Shown here one piece after another: positions 1-12,564 of a stretch of DNA of 64,000 nucleotides (within the stretch, counting starts at the first letter, position 1; each line of letters begins with the position of its first letter). The position numbers and the translations under genes are program-made. Below the pieces are notes generated by a model. That model was not told the origin of the DNA and made no database searches. It worked only from the letters and a program-made list of their open reading frames with translations. This DNA comes from an uncultured Methanosarcinaceae archaeon (GTDB lineage Archaea; Halobacteriota; Methanosarcinia; Methanosarcinales; Methanosarcinaceae), in assembly GCA_963833425.1 (NCBI GenBank), contig CAWHXP010000007.1, positions 291,584 to 355,583 of the forward strand. The letters run 5' to 3'.

Positions 1-753
1 AACTGTAAACTCAGGCAAAAGAACCACGTAAGAACTTCCTGCAATGCTGCCCAGAGCAGCCAGAAGCAGGATATTTCTTAAAGGCACGCATGTAACAACA
101 TGATGCACGCCTTCTCGCAAGCTGGTATGCAGGCTCTTGTGAGGGCTTTCCTTGATAGGGCGAGTAGGTAAGCGCATCGCCAACAAGGCTGCCAGAACGG
201 CAAGATAAGTGATTCCGTTAGCCAGAAAACAAATGCTTGGGGATGTTACGGCCAGAAGAAGACCCGCCAAGGAAGGTCCAATCAGACGTGCGACATTGAA
301 CATCGATGAATTGAGGGCAATGGCATTCCCTAAATCTTCACGGCGAGAGATCATCTCCGGAGTAAATGTCTGCCGGGCAGTTATATCGAAAGCGTTCACA
401 ACTCCAAGAAAGAGGCTAAGAACGTAAACCTGCCATATGGCAATCGTTCCTGTCAGTCCCAAGAAAGCGAGCACAAAAGCCTGAACCATCGACAGAGTTT
501 GGGTCAGAAGGATGACTTGCTGCCTGTTCCAACGATCTATCAAGACGCCAATGAAAGGTGACAACAGCAAGGAGGGAATACTGGCAAGGAACAAAACCAA
601 TCCCAACTTAAAGGAAGAGTTTGTCAATTGAAAAACAAGCCAGGACATGGCTATTTGCTGCATCCATGTGCCAATCAACGAAAAGCCTTGGCCGAAGAAG
701 AACAAGCGAAAATTGCGGTTAGACAATGATCTCAACAGGGATTTTAGCCTCAT
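1..753 (-). CDS. MFS transporter, runs off the window start
   Basis: Manual translation from ATG at 753: MRLKSLLRSLSNRNFRLFFFGQGFSLIGTWMQQIAMSWLVFQLT...LIDRWNRQQVILLTQ, with an MFS motif A-like segment and hydrophobic helices. Confidence 0.85.
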   Translation of the reverse strand, partial: MRLKSLLRSLSNRNFRLFFFGQGFSLIGTWMQQIAMSWLVFQLTNSSFKLGLVLFLASIPSLLLSPFIGVLIDRWNRQQVILLTQTLSMVQAFVLAFLGLTGTIAIWQVYVLSLFLGVVNAFDITARQTFTPEMISRREDLGNAIALNSSMFNVARLIGPSLAGLLLAVTSPSICFLANGITYLAVLAALLAMRLPTRPIKESPHKSLHTSLREGVHHVVTCVPLRNILLLAALGSIAGSSYVVLLPEFTV

Positions 754-1869
754 AGGGATTTTCTCGACATATTTAATAGAGTAAAATGATATTGTTAAAT
801 TCTAAAGATAAAATAAAAAGATATTCCATGCCACAAATGCCTTCAAAATGGATAATGAAGCTGCCTTCCAATTTAGTGGGGCATACATATAGGGTGCTAT
901 GTATATTTGGCAATTAAAAGAGACAAAAAAAATCAAACGATTTAGTAGTCACCTCGAAAGATATCAATTCATTTATACCTATTTCAAATCAGGCTTTTCC
1001 GAAAGCATTGGACGGGTTAGAAAAATTAGGGGGTAAAACAACTATAAGACAACGAAATAAAAGTTCTGATGTAACTGTGTTATTTGACAATTGTCATGAA
1101 GAGTATCCCACTTTAAAAATCCACAATAAATTAGGAATCACGTATTTGAAATAAAAATAAAATGTTTTAGACATCGTAGTTAATCAATTTCCAAAAATAT
1201 CGATTAGCAATTGGAGGATAGATATTTCCTTGAAAAGATATAAATCTGGATTCACTTTTCCTGCGTGATCAGAAGCACAGTGGACAAGTCAAAACCAGCC
1301 TGGCTGGAACCTCTGTACGCTAAAGAGAACGCATCTAATAGCTGTTCATTTTGCTGGACGGCACAGGATTTGGACAACTTGGATGCTATGGTAGCTCTAC
1401 ACATACACACAACCTTGATAGTTTGGCCTCGTGAGGCCTTGCCTATCCAAATATGCATACCACTGCTCTGTGCTCTCTTAGTCTTTAGTACATGCTTACC
1501 GGCCACAAAACCATTGCCCGAATAACGTTGCCTGCATTACCGAAGACTCAACTGGCTTCCAGGCTATAATGGTTATATACCTTTTGAGAACTATTTTTTT
1601 GTCGGAGATACTTCTCCGCATTTTACAACACCTATGCAATCGGCAAGTGGCATCTGAAGCCTGCAGAACAGGACCGATGGACTTGGAGACTGGGTTTTGA
1701 ATACTTCTACGATTTTTTAGGAGATGATACAAACAGTATTTTCCTGAACTGATTTGATATCGTTCCATAGCCTCTCCCAAAACTCAGAAGAGGGCTGCAC
1801 CTTGAATAAGGACATAGTGAATGGACTATCCAGTTCATTGCTAACTCCAAGCAAATCGCACCAAACAAA

Positions 1870-2060
1870 ACTTTTTATGTACTTCTGCCCAGGTGCCACG
1901 CAGGCTATTCATCATGTTCCTATGGAATGGGCAGATAAATACAAAGGTAAGTTCGATGATGTTTGAGGCGTTTATCGGGAGAAGACATTGCGCGGCAGAA
2001 AGAACTAGGCATTGTCCCAAAAGAAATCGAGCTCTCTAGCCATGATCCGGATGTCCCATT
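1870..2060 (+). pseudogene. Arylsulfatase internal fragment
   Basis: [29 protein letters not shown] followed, after a frameshift, by IARQKELGIVP...SHDPDVP, resembling the mid-region of arylsulfatases; the rest of the gene is absent. Confidence 0.6.
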
Positions 2061-2949
2061 CCAAAATGCCGGCATTTGCAGCGTCCAGTGCTAAGATCAA
2101 CTGATTAATACGCAACCCCATCTCCTTTTCTGCCCCTTTTCTTTTTTAGAGCCTGCAAAATTGCTGGAGTCATAGTTTCCAGATCTTTCTGTTGCTCGCA
2201 ACTATAACCACCTTCAAGATTTGCAACCCAAGCATGCCAACTATATTCCTATCTAAGATGAGGGGTACGCCAAAAAATGAAGTGAGTTGGGGATGACCAT
2301 GCAACATACCATACTTTCTAGATGTGATACTAGATCATTGGTAAATAAATTTTTCTCACTGTTAATGATATTCATACAAGCCATGAAGAATAAAACTTCC
2401 CTCAGGACGGCCGATTGCCAGTCTTGTCATACATCAGACACTGCCCCATCCCATGTCGCTGATCGCAATATCGTGCAGTAACTCGTCATCATCCACTAAA
2501 TTAACGAAAACGAGCTAGTCTCCAGTTACTTCCAGCGCTACAGAAGAACACTCATTTCCCAGATCCTCTTTTGTATTATCTTGATCACAATGTTGAAGAT
2601 CTTATTGATTCCTTCAAGAATAAGGTTGTGATGAGCATTCTTGCGACTTTAAGTTTATCCTTATAAGTTTAATCCACTCATTCTCGATACTTAAGACCTT
2701 ATTGACTTTTTTCAGCTCAACTATCCTTCTTGGAGCCGGACCTCCAGTTCATCGCTCTTGAACGTTTAGAAATAGTTATAATTCCTCAATTCTACTTTAA
2801 CAGACATCAACATATCTACACAGGTATAGATTCAGATTTTAAGTATTTTTGATTTTATGTCTATATTAAATTTGGAACTAAATTTTCTTATTTTTTTAGC
2901 AGCTTTCCCACTTAATTTTAACTTTTTGTGATTTTGTATCACCCAGTCA

Positions 2950-3310
2950 TTACCCCACAGAAAGCAGCCAATAGCACTTAAGGTAAATTAGATCTATTAG
3001 TGCTTCTAGAAGCCAGCATAAAGAAAGTAGCAAGAGAATATCAAAGTCAAAGATAATCAGATAGACATCAAAGATATTAATGAACTCCAACAAGTCGTAA
3101 TAGACGATCTGAAAAATTCAGATCCAAGCATTTTATGGCCAGATGATCATTAAGGACCAGCAGCTGCATACTAAGGACGAGCAGATAGAAAAGCTAAATA
3201 GAATGTGCACAAACAGGCTGTGAATATTCAAAGTTTAATCCAGAAAAATAGCAGGCTAAATATTAAGCTGCTTCAGGCTATTGCAGAAAAAAGTAACTTC
3301 TTGCTAATAT
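2950..3310 (+). pseudogene. Decayed coiled-coil protein of the mobile-element type also seen at 62019-62562
   Basis: Broken frames give KDQQLHTKDEQIEKLN..HKQAVNIQSLIQKNSRLNIKLL. Confidence 0.45.
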
Positions 3311-4401
3311 TTTAGTAAGCAATGCTACAAAGAAACTAAGATGGAATATGAAAAACAAAGTATATTGAGTAAACCGGTCTAATTTGGATGAGAAATTTAA
3401 ACAATTTATGACTGTGACCTACCCCAATTTGAACAAACTTCACTAGAATTTGTTTCTAATTTCACAGCGGACATGACGATTGTCTCAACTTTCTCGTTTT
3501 TATTCTTTGAGTAAACGTTATTTACCGATTAATAGCTCCCTATTATTAATGAAAAATATATTATTGGTAAAATTTTGTTATCATACTATGCATTCAAGGT
3601 TTAATATGTCGATGAGGATGATTCAAGCTGTATCTATCACAGTTGATAGGGGCATTTTAACTTCACAAAGTAGTAAAACTTTTTCATAAATATAATGTAG
3701 AGATGTTAATTGTAACAATCAGCAGCGTATCCAAAGGAGCCCGTCAAGACCTACATCATGAATTAACTTGCGATTTACTAAGATTAAAGAACCTTTTTGT
3801 CGTGTGCAAAAGTTATTGGGCAATTTTGAAAAAAAGTACTACCCCTATATAGGAGGATTAAATTTGGAATTTTACAAAACTTCCACTTATCGCCTAAATG
3901 ATTAAATAAATCCGGTTGTAGGTTGAATAGCTACATAATTTTCATTTAATTTTTATCATTCGTGAGATAAATAGAGCAACTTTTTGGCTTTTTAACATAA
4001 CGCATGTTTTACTAAAAACTAATTATTTTTTGCAAAATCAATTAAAAATGTTCTATAATTTTGGCTGAAAATGAGAAAATGCATAAGTTTTATAACAAAA
4101 AAACATGTGTATCTTATCCATAAGCGTAACAGTTTGCAAATCGTAGTTTCATTTTACAGTGCAAAGGTAGGTTAAAAAATAAATACCGTAGTTAATAGTA
4201 GATTTCAGGAAGTTTCCATCTATATAGAAAGCTGCATTGTATTCAACTGAAATAATCCTTTAAGGTAAAATACCCCGCAAAAAAATAAGCATGCACAGCA
4301 AAAAATATTCACGTTCTAATTTGCAGGGAAGGGGGATTTTTCAAGAAAAATATTCGCAGAAAGAAATAATTAGAGAAGAAAATTACAACTAAGGAAGTAT
4401 C

Positions 4402-4860
4402 ATGGAAACAAAATTGATAATCGCAATTGCCCTTATCATTTCAGCTGTTTTACTGGCCGAAAAATTTTTTCAAGAAGTCAGCACTGAACAGTTCAGGGAA
4501 GGCAAATATATCCACATTAACAGTGTTGAAATCGAGTTTAATAAAGCGAATGCGAATGTCAATGTAACATACCGCCTTAGCCCTTTCGCTGAAGCGTACA
4601 TATTCCTGTTTGGGAGCAAGCACCTGGAACCCAAGATGCAAGAGATTTTTGCTGATTTCAGGGATGTAAAGATTCTTGAGATCGGAAGTAACCGTGCTTT
4701 ACTTCTTGTGCCAAATATTTCCCGGAAAAGTGACCAGTTTTACCTGCATGAATCCAGAAAATTCGATGTGCGGCCTGATATCCTTACATTGGTTTATCCT
4801 GATGGTGCAAGAAGGAATATCATAAATACAAAATCTACCCCGAATACCTTCTATACATAG
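4402..4860 (+). CDS. Hypothetical protein with N-terminal membrane anchor or signal peptide
   Basis: Intact 152-aa ORF with hydrophobic N-terminus and purine-rich upstream sequence. Confidence 0.75.
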   Translation: METKLIIAIALIISAVLLAEKFFQEVSTEQFREGKYIHINSVEIEFNKANANVNVTYRLSPFAEAYIFLFGSKHLEPKMQEIFADFRDVKILEIGSNRALLLVPNISRKSDQFYLHESRKFDVRPDILTLVYPDGARRNIINTKSTPNTFYT

Positions 4861-5475
4861 GAAAGATTTGGCATAGCTTTAAATTACTTTTAATTAATCT
4901 AGCATCGTCTTTTCATCAATTTTGTTTTTCGTTTTAATTGTCTCCTAATTGACATAGCTGCAATTTATAGATTCTATCTCATTAATTTTATCTTAATCAT
5001 ATTTTTTATAAACATTTTTTTCCTTTCAGAATGACTGAATATACGAACTTGATCCGTTATTTGAATAGATGACAGAAAAAAATCTATATTTAACAACTAT
5101 TTTAATTCTCCGAAATGCCCTCATTTATACAGATATAAAATTTTTTTACTCATTTGCTCATTATTATTCATTGAAAGTTAGATTGATTTTTAAGTTACTG
5201 TCATTCGGAAAAATGGATTGAATTGTTGTCTACAGAAAGCGATGTATCCATTACATTGATTAATTTTCAAATAATTCTGTGAGCATCTTTTTTTCCAAAA
5301 ATTCATTCTCCATTTTTAGTGCTCTGTGCTCTCGGCAAAATTTAAAAATATGTTCATTAAAGCTCAATTTGATTGTTTAGCAGCCGAATTCTTTTTGAAA
5401 AACCTATTGATTTAATTTTATTCATATTTCAGGAATATATATTTAACAAGAGAAACCCAATTTGCTTTGATAGCA

Positions 5476-6729
5476 ATGGGAAAATTCAAAATAAAATGTC
5501 TGAAGTGCGGAAAAGAATATGGTCATCAGTACAGGCTCACTTGTGAGAATGATGACTCCATCTTGAGGGCGGAATATTTTGAAAAAATGCTGAATCTACG
5601 AAATCAGCCAGGTATGGGAAGGTTTCATTCCTGGCTTCCGATCCAGGAAGAGACTTACTACGGATGCAGGTCCCACTACCTACAAAAGTGAGGCTTTTGC
5701 AAAGGAACTCGGGCTTTTAAACCTTTACATAGGATTCAGTGGTTATTGGCCCGAAAAAGGATCTTTTATCAAAACCTGCAGTTTCAAAGAACTTGAAGCT
5801 TACCCTACCATGCAGTTTCTAAAAGAAAGCGGGGGAAAAGCTATAGTCCTTGCCTCCGCCGGAAATACTGGTAGGGCATTTGCTCACGTCTCGGTCTTAA
5901 CAGGGGTAGAGGTCTACATAGTAGTGCCAAATTCTGGAATTTCACATTTGTGGCTGCCCGAAGAACCGAATCGAATCCGTTCATTTGATAGATATGAGCC
6001 CAGGGAACGACTACACTGACGCTATCAACCTTGCAGCAAGAATTGCACAACTGCCTGGATTGATCTCCGAAGGCGGCGCCAGAAATATCGCCCGAAGAGA
6101 TGGGATGGGCACTGTGATGCTGGATGCAGCAGTAACCATAGGAAAAATGCCTGATCACTATTTCCAGGCAGTAGGGAGCGGGACCGGGGGGATTTCGGCA
6201 TGGGAAGCTTCCTTGCGCTTAAAGGCCGACGGGCGATTCGGGCAGAAACTTCCGAAAATTGCAGCTTGCTCAAAACCTTCCTTTTGTACCCATCTACAAT
6301 GCCTGGCAGGCAAAAAGAAGGGAAATTATTTCTGAAATTGATATGAAGGATGCTAAGAAGCAGATAGAGGAAACTTATGCATCGGTCCTTACAAATCGGA
6401 CTCCTCCTTATGGCATAAAAGGAGGACTATACGATGCACTTGTCGATACTGATGGGGTAATGTATGCAATAACCAGAGAAGAAGCCCTCGAGGCTAAGAC
6501 CCTTTTCGAATCTCTGGAGGGAATTGACATACTGCCCCCATCGGCAGTTGCTGCAGCCTCCCTGTTAAAAGCAGTAAAAACCGGAAATGTTGGGCTGGAA
6601 GATATCATTCTCCTGAATATTGCAGGTGGGGGTTACATACGGCTAAAAGAAGACTTCACACTTTTTCAGATCTCACCGGTAGCTCATGCCAAAAACCCAG
6701 ATGTTCCCTTAGAATATCTAAAAATTTGA
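5476..6729 (+). CDS. Cysteate synthase (PLP-dependent, coenzyme M biosynthesis), split by about 3 frameshifts
   Basis: CxxC N-terminus, TCSFKELEA PLP-Lys motif, ASAGNT, HYFQAVGSGTGG; lies directly upstream of comDE. Confidence 0.9.
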
Positions 6730-6818
6730 GTGTGGAGAACTATAGAACAAGCATCACATAATAAAGGAACAAGCCCTGTAAATAAAAGCTACAGAATATA
6801 AAAGAAAGCTGAAGAGGT

Positions 6819-7967
6819 ATGTGCGTGGTAAATCCCGAAGAAGAAGTTATAGCAATCATGAAAAAAGAAGATATTGACCTCGCTGCAACGTTGCCCTGTG
6901 ACCGAATCAAGAATCTGCTTCCTCTGGTCTCAGAAAATTTTCCAGAAATCAGATTGACTAGGGAAGAAAATGGCGTGGGTATTTGTGCCGGGGCTTACCT
7001 TGCAGGGGGAAGACCCATGATGCTGATCCAAAGTACAGGGCTTGGGAATATGATTAACGCTTTAGAATCCCTAAATGTAATATGCAAAATTCCATTACCT
7101 ATACTTACTAGCTGGCGTGGAGTTTATGGAGAATATATTGAAGCGCAAGTTCCTCTGGGGGTTCACCTTCCAGCCATCCTCAAAGGAGCAGAGCTAGAAT
7201 ACACAATAATTGAAGATGCTGAAGATATCTCCCTCCTTGAAAACGCGATTAAAGATGCCTTTGAAAATTTAAGGCCTCATATTGCCCTGATCTCACCTAA
7301 AGTATGGGAAGCTTCTGGCTGCTGCACCTGGGAAGCTAGCAGCATTCCAGAAAAACCAAAGATTATGGAAAGAACATGCAGATTTAACCTCAAGATGGAA
7401 AATATCAAGCCATTAATGCTCAGGAACGAGGCGATTTGCGCAGTTGCCTCTCAACTTAGTGACGAAATTACAGTAACAAATCTCGGAATACCCTGTAAAG
7501 AACTTTATGCCTACAAAGACAGAAATCTCAATTTTTATATGTTTGGTTCAATGGGACTTGTTTCCTCGATAGGCCTTGGCCTTGCACTCCGCACAGAAAG
7601 GATTGTTGTAGTTTTTGATGGGGATGGAAGCCTGTTGATGAATCCTAATGCCCTTCTTGAAGCTGCAAAAGAAGCCACTAAAAACTTGATAATTATTTGC
7701 CTTGATAATGGTTCATATGGGTCCACAGGTTCGCAGGAAACATGTGCTATGCGTTATATAGACCTCGAAATTTTTGCAAAAGCATGCGGAATCCAAAATA
7801 CGGCTAAGGTAAACAATAAAGAAGGACTAATAGAGGTTTTCAAGAGGTTTCGTGTCATTCAAGAGCTTTCATTCATTCATGTAATCCTTAAGCCAGGAAA
7901 CACAAAAGCTCCAAATATCCCACTTAGTCCAGAGGAAGTTACAAAACGTTTTAAAAAGGCTTTGTAA
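6819..7967 (+). CDS. comDE: Sulfopyruvate decarboxylase, fused ComDE
   Basis: TREENGVGICAG and QSTGLGN (alpha part); ThDP motif DGDGSLLMN...DNGSYGSTG (beta part). Confidence 0.92.
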   Translation: MCVVNPEEEVIAIMKKEDIDLAATLPCDRIKNLLPLVSENFPEIRLTREENGVGICAGAYLAGGRPMMLIQSTGLGNMINALESLNVICKIPLPILTSWRGVYGEYIEAQVPLGVHLPAILKGAELEYTIIEDAEDISLLENAIKDAFENLRPHIALISPKVWEASGCCTWEASSIPEKPKIMERTCRFNLKMENIKPLMLRNEAICAVASQLSDEITVTNLGIPCKELYAYKDRNLNFYMFGSMGLVSSIGLGLALRTERIVVVFDGDGSLLMNPNALLEAAKEATKNLIIICLDNGSYGSTGSQETCAMRYIDLEIFAKACGIQNTAKVNNKEGLIEVFKRFRVIQELSFIHVILKPGNTKAPNIPLSPEEVTKRFKKAL

Positions 7968-8602
7968 GCCGAAAAACTATGAATTTTTAAAATCAAAACT
8001 GTTATGAAACCTTGAAAGTAGAACACATCTTAATTATTGAAAATTCGAACCTAACTTTAACAATTGAGTAAAAATAAGTGCTTTTGTTTATATTATTCTT
8101 TCAAATAAATATAAACACAACGCAAAGAAAATTTCATATACTTTCTAATAGAAATATATTCGTTTCTCTCATATCTATTTTTGTTTTTAATCCTGTTATG
8201 AAAAATCTAATTTTTGTGGGATTTTACGTAATCATGCAGGAATGGTTTGGGTATATAATTTTATAGATAGGCCTGGTGAGCGATTAGCTAATTGATAACT
8301 TCATCATCAATAAATATGGCAAATGTTTAAGCAATGAAGAAATTCTCAATATCTTTATACCTTAAAAGATTTCATAAAAGAATCCCTTACCTAGCATTTG
8401 AAATCTTGGAGAGTGATTAAAAGTCGACATTCTGCTATGTACACAAATGTAGAATTTGTTTGCCGATTTAACAACTCTAATTCATTTGAAGTTGAATTAA
8501 TTTTGGAGCTACTGTCATAATGGAACAACAGATGAATTCTTGCGTACATCTATGGACAAGTGGAGTAACTAATTATGGATTCTAATCAGGTATTGGAATT
8601 TA

Positions 8603-9073
8603 TTAAGATTCTGTTTTTTTTAAAAGTCTGCCATGCCTATCAATTTCTTCTTGTGCAATTCTTGTTGAAGAAATCGGAATTCCATCTTCAGCCATTACAT
8701 ATTCAACGTATATAATTTTCAGAGGTTCCCTTCCTTTTTCTTCTCTTATAAGATTGATTTTAAGGGCAACTGGATAAGTTTCGGGAGAGACAATTATATA
8801 ATCAAAATCTTCTTCTAGAGTGGGACCGTAGGGATCATTCAGCCTTGTAACTTCATATGTGTCTTCAGGGAATCCAATTCCCATTAAATACTGCAGCAGC
8901 TGAGACCTCCGACTTTCATAATTCTCGATGTTATGTACTTTTTGCAACATTTCGTCCGAGGTAAGCCCTATATGAACTTTTCCATCCCCTGCTATCTCAA
9001 ATGATTTTTTAATTAATTTGGCATGTCCATCATGAAGATACTGAAATGTACCACCAACTGCGACCTTTGGCAT
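8603..9073 (-). CDS. coaD: Phosphopantetheine adenylyltransferase, archaeal type
   Basis: VGGTFQYLHDGH (HxGH), IIVSPET and ISSTRI motifs. Confidence 0.9.
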   Translation of the reverse strand: MPKVAVGGTFQYLHDGHAKLIKKSFEIAGDGKVHIGLTSDEMLQKVHNIENYESRRSQLLQYLMGIGFPEDTYEVTRLNDPYGPTLEEDFDYIIVSPETYPVALKINLIREEKGREPLKIIYVEYVMAEDGIPISSTRIAQEEIDRHGRLLKKTES

Positions 9074-9630
9074 GATGGGTGATAATCCACTAAGTAAAAA
9101 GAAGTTTTGGTTTTTGTTACGGTTTTTTGAAAATATTCTCTATTTTTTGTATTTTCACAAATTTTCTGTGAATTCAAAGTTAAATTTTTGAGTACTTTGT
9201 GTGACGAAGTCTTATAATTTAGAATTATTCCCTTTAATGACCTATTGAGGTTTATGATTTAACAGAAAATTAGGCACGATGACATTAATTTCCTCCTCTT
9301 GAAATTGCAAATATAAAAATAAGACATCTTATTTTACTTTTGACATTCTGTAGATGTGCACATAGGCATTTGCTTGCCTATTTTTCAAATGTTATTTATT
9401 GAAAGTTGGATTAATTTTGAAGCTATGTAAAATTGAAAAAGTACATGGCATTGTTGCGTCATTTAGAAGTAGGTTACTTCTTTTTGTTAGGTTTTTCGGA
9501 CATTCCACTATTTTTCACAGGCTCTCCATTAATACTTTCACTCTGGCTCCTCTAGTTATATATACATGCAAAACGAAGTGGAACAACCGTTATGCACCTT
9601 ATATAAACTGTGCATCTAGGAGGATTTTTA

Positions 9631-10608
9631 ATGAGCGAAATATCACTCGAAGAGTTGCCCGGAGTTGGTCCCGCAACTGCAGAAAAACTCAAAGAAGCCG
9701 GATTTAATACAATTGAAGCAGTGGCTGTAGCTTCTCCATCTGAACTTGCAACAACAGTCGAAATCGGAGAATCGACTGCTGCAAAAATCATCAATGCTGC
9801 TAGGCAGGCAGCTGATATCGGAGGTTTTGAGACCGGGGACTTAGTTCTTGAAAGGCGAAAATTGGTAGGCAAGTTGACCACAGGTTGTACGGAATTTGAT
9901 GAAATGATGGGGGGTGGAATAGAAACCCAGGCTATCACCGAACTTTATGGAGAATTTGGTTCCGGAAAAACTCAGCTGGCTCACCAACTAGCAGTGAACG
10001 TTCAGATGGACAGAGAACATGGTGGTCTAAGTGGTTCTGTTATCATAATAGATACTGAAAATACATTCAGGCCCGAAAGAATAACCCAGATGGTGAAAGG
10101 GATTTCCGAGAAGTACGGTATGGAACTTGACCCTGAAGAGTTCCTTCAGAATATTCATGTTGCCAGAGCATATAATTCCAATCACCAGATACTTCTTGTA
10201 GATTCCGCAACAGATCTAGCAAACGAACTCAAAGAAATTGGCAAACCTACCCGTCTGTTAATCGTCGACTCACTGATGGCTCATTTTAGGGCTGAATATG
10301 TCGGTAGGGGAACCCTTGCGGACAGACAACAGAAACTCAATAAGCACATGCATGGCTTGCTTCGCTTCGGTGACTTATTCAATGCCTGCGTAGTTGTAAC
10401 AAACCAGGTCATGTCGAAGCCCGATACATTCTTTGGAGACCCCACAAGACCCATTGGAGGGCATATTGTGGGGCACACTGCAACCTTCAGGCTTTACCTA
10501 AGAAAATCCAAAGGAGAAAAAAGAATCGTACGTCTGGTCGACTCACCCAACCTTCCAGAAGGAGAAGCTGTTATCGCAGTCACTACAGCTGGACTGGCGG
10601 ATCAATAA
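9631..10608 (+). CDS. radA: DNA repair and recombination protein RadA
   Basis: HhH N-terminus [12 protein letters not shown], Walker [25 protein letters not shown] before ATG at 9631. Confidence 0.97.
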   Translation: MSEISLEELPGVGPATAEKLKEAGFNTIEAVAVASPSELATTVEIGESTAAKIINAARQAADIGGFETGDLVLERRKLVGKLTTGCTEFDEMMGGGIETQAITELYGEFGSGKTQLAHQLAVNVQMDREHGGLSGSVIIIDTENTFRPERITQMVKGISEKYGMELDPEEFLQNIHVARAYNSNHQILLVDSATDLANELKEIGKPTRLLIVDSLMAHFRAEYVGRGTLADRQQKLNKHMHGLLRFGDLFNACVVVTNQVMSKPDTFFGDPTRPIGGHIVGHTATFRLYLRKSKGEKRIVRLVDSPNLPEGEAVIAVTTAGLADQ

Positions 10609-10809
10609 AAATTAGAACCAGATTATATATCCTCATTGGTAGGGAAAATATTTTGTTTCCACCATCCAATCGTTTTTAATGAAATTTAGAGTTATATTTG
10701 TTTACATTGGCGGGACAATTACTAGCGAGAAAAGGTAATTCCTGCTAGTGAACATCAAGAAAATATGCTTTTTAAAGTCTCAGTCGCTCTTGAACGAAAA
10801 GTATTCTAT

Positions 10810-10899
10810 GGAGAATTTTGATAAACTCTTAAGTTCTGTCAAATGCTTATAAATGTTATATGAATAATTCTTGAAAATCGAGGTTTATCGAAATCTTCC
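10810..10899. mobile_element. About 90-bp MITE with IS5-type terminal inverted repeats
   Basis: ggagaattttgataaac ... gtttatcgaaatcttcc; TIRs match the IS at 19848-20980; homologous copies at 46334, 50261, 19485 and 27862. Confidence 0.7.
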
Positions 10900-11248
10900 A
10901 TAATTCATCATTAATGTATATCGAAGCATTCTTTTATGTTTCTATGCACGAAATGCAGCAATGTCGCAGATTTGCTGCAAATTTGACATCATAGTTTTTG
11001 TATACTTCATGCAATTAGATTCGTCATAATTGTTCTTTCATTACTTATGATTTATTTAGATGTGTGATTTTACAGAAAAATCTGGTACATTGCTCCGAAT
11101 GTAAGTGTATATCTTTTTAGGTAGTAAGAGAATAAATAATCGGCAAATTTTCAGATATTTCGCATTTTGTTAGGATTATTTACAGTTTCATCGCAATATT
11201 TAACTACAAAAAGTTTCTATTTAATTCTGATAGGAGGGTTGTTAAGTA

Positions 11249-11422
11249 ATGAAATTATGGGAATATGATTCTCGCAGGATTCATGGTGTTCATCTGGCAC
11301 AGCAGATGACAGATCTCGAAAGAATAGGAAACGAGGGTTGGGAGTTGGTTTTGATGAAAAACGATCTCGACGAAGATGGAGCAGTGACAGCAATTTTCAA
11401 AAGAGAAAAAGAAAGTGAGTAA
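11249..11422 (+). CDS. Small 57-aa DUF4177-like protein
   Basis: MKLWEYDSRR...LERIGNEGWELV...IFKREKESE with GGAGG upstream; below the ORF-track size cutoff. Confidence 0.75.
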   Translation: MKLWEYDSRRIHGVHLAQQMTDLERIGNEGWELVLMKNDLDEDGAVTAIFKREKESE

Positions 11423-11599
11423 CTATATTCAATTGATCGCCTTTAAATTTTAAGATTCCTCAGCTCAAAAAGTTCCATCTTCTTAATATTTATTTCCCAA
11501 ATAATTTTATGAGTGCATTCTTAAATAGATAGACAGGTTAGTCGATAGACAAGGAATCAGTTATAAAGATTTTCTTTTTTTGAAATTCTCCTTTTTGGA

Positions 11600-12400
11600 T
11601 CCTGTTTATGTTTTACATCTCCTCATTTATAAGAGGATACTATATTATAATGGCAACTTGGCTTCACATGTCTAATAAATTTCTTTCCCAATTTAAAAAA
11701 TCTTTTTAATGTATTGTTTTTCTTTCTTGCTGATACTTTGGCGATCAGTATTAAAATTCATTTTGCTATTTTTGATCCCTTTTTGTGCTTATGTCATTGT
11801 AGAATTTATCCGCTGCTTGGTGTATATTCAGAACAACTTCAATCCACAAAAAGTTATTCATTAAGTTTGAATTACAAAAAATAGAGCCCTTCATAGGGTG
11901 ATTTGGAATTTTTTCATATATAAAACTCTTTTTCCTCTTATACAGTTTCTATATTCCATTTTTTTCTTATTGGTAAGGTATTTGTTTGGCAGATTTGTAT
12001 ATTAGATCCATTTTTTATTCCAGTTTTAGATTTCTTAGAATGCTGTGGAGATGGAAACTTTCGTGAGAATCGTTATCAACTAACTTATTTGCGTTTCAAG
12101 TCACCTTTGAACTTTGAAATTGTATTACGTTATTTAAACTATTGTATCCACAACATAATATATTATATGTTTTTTATGATGCATCAAAAAAATTTTGAGA
12201 TATCTTTAAACGTGATGTCTGCCTCTTTTTCTTGTCGGACACTTTTTCACCCACGATAGCTGCTTTATTCTTCGATGAAATTCTTTAATTTTTCGTACTT
12301 TTTGGCTATATATTTTTTTCTTGGATTTAGCCATATCCAGATATTTGTTAGCTAATATTTAGAAGGGGACTAAAGAGGCAAAAATACTATTTAAAAAGCA
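11600..12400 (-). pseudogene. Highly decayed DDE transposase, possibly ISH3/IS4-like
   Basis: Minus-strand KKWNIET near 11950 resembles the YxxRWxIE signature; otherwise full of stops. Confidence 0.3.
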
Positions 12401-12564
12401 AATAAAGTGTTAACAATACAAAATATTATTAAACTCTAATATATTATACTAATCCGAAATTCATATTTCTGACATGAAAACCCAGAGTCTAATAACCTGA
12501 GATCAATACAACTCCAATCCGACATCTGAATAATTCAAAATAATCAGACACAGGAGCAAATTTA

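Noticed and set aside
209..427. Plus-strand ORF here, and similar short ORFs antisense to radA, leuS, dys, cbi and others
   Set aside because: Shadow ORFs opposite well-supported genes
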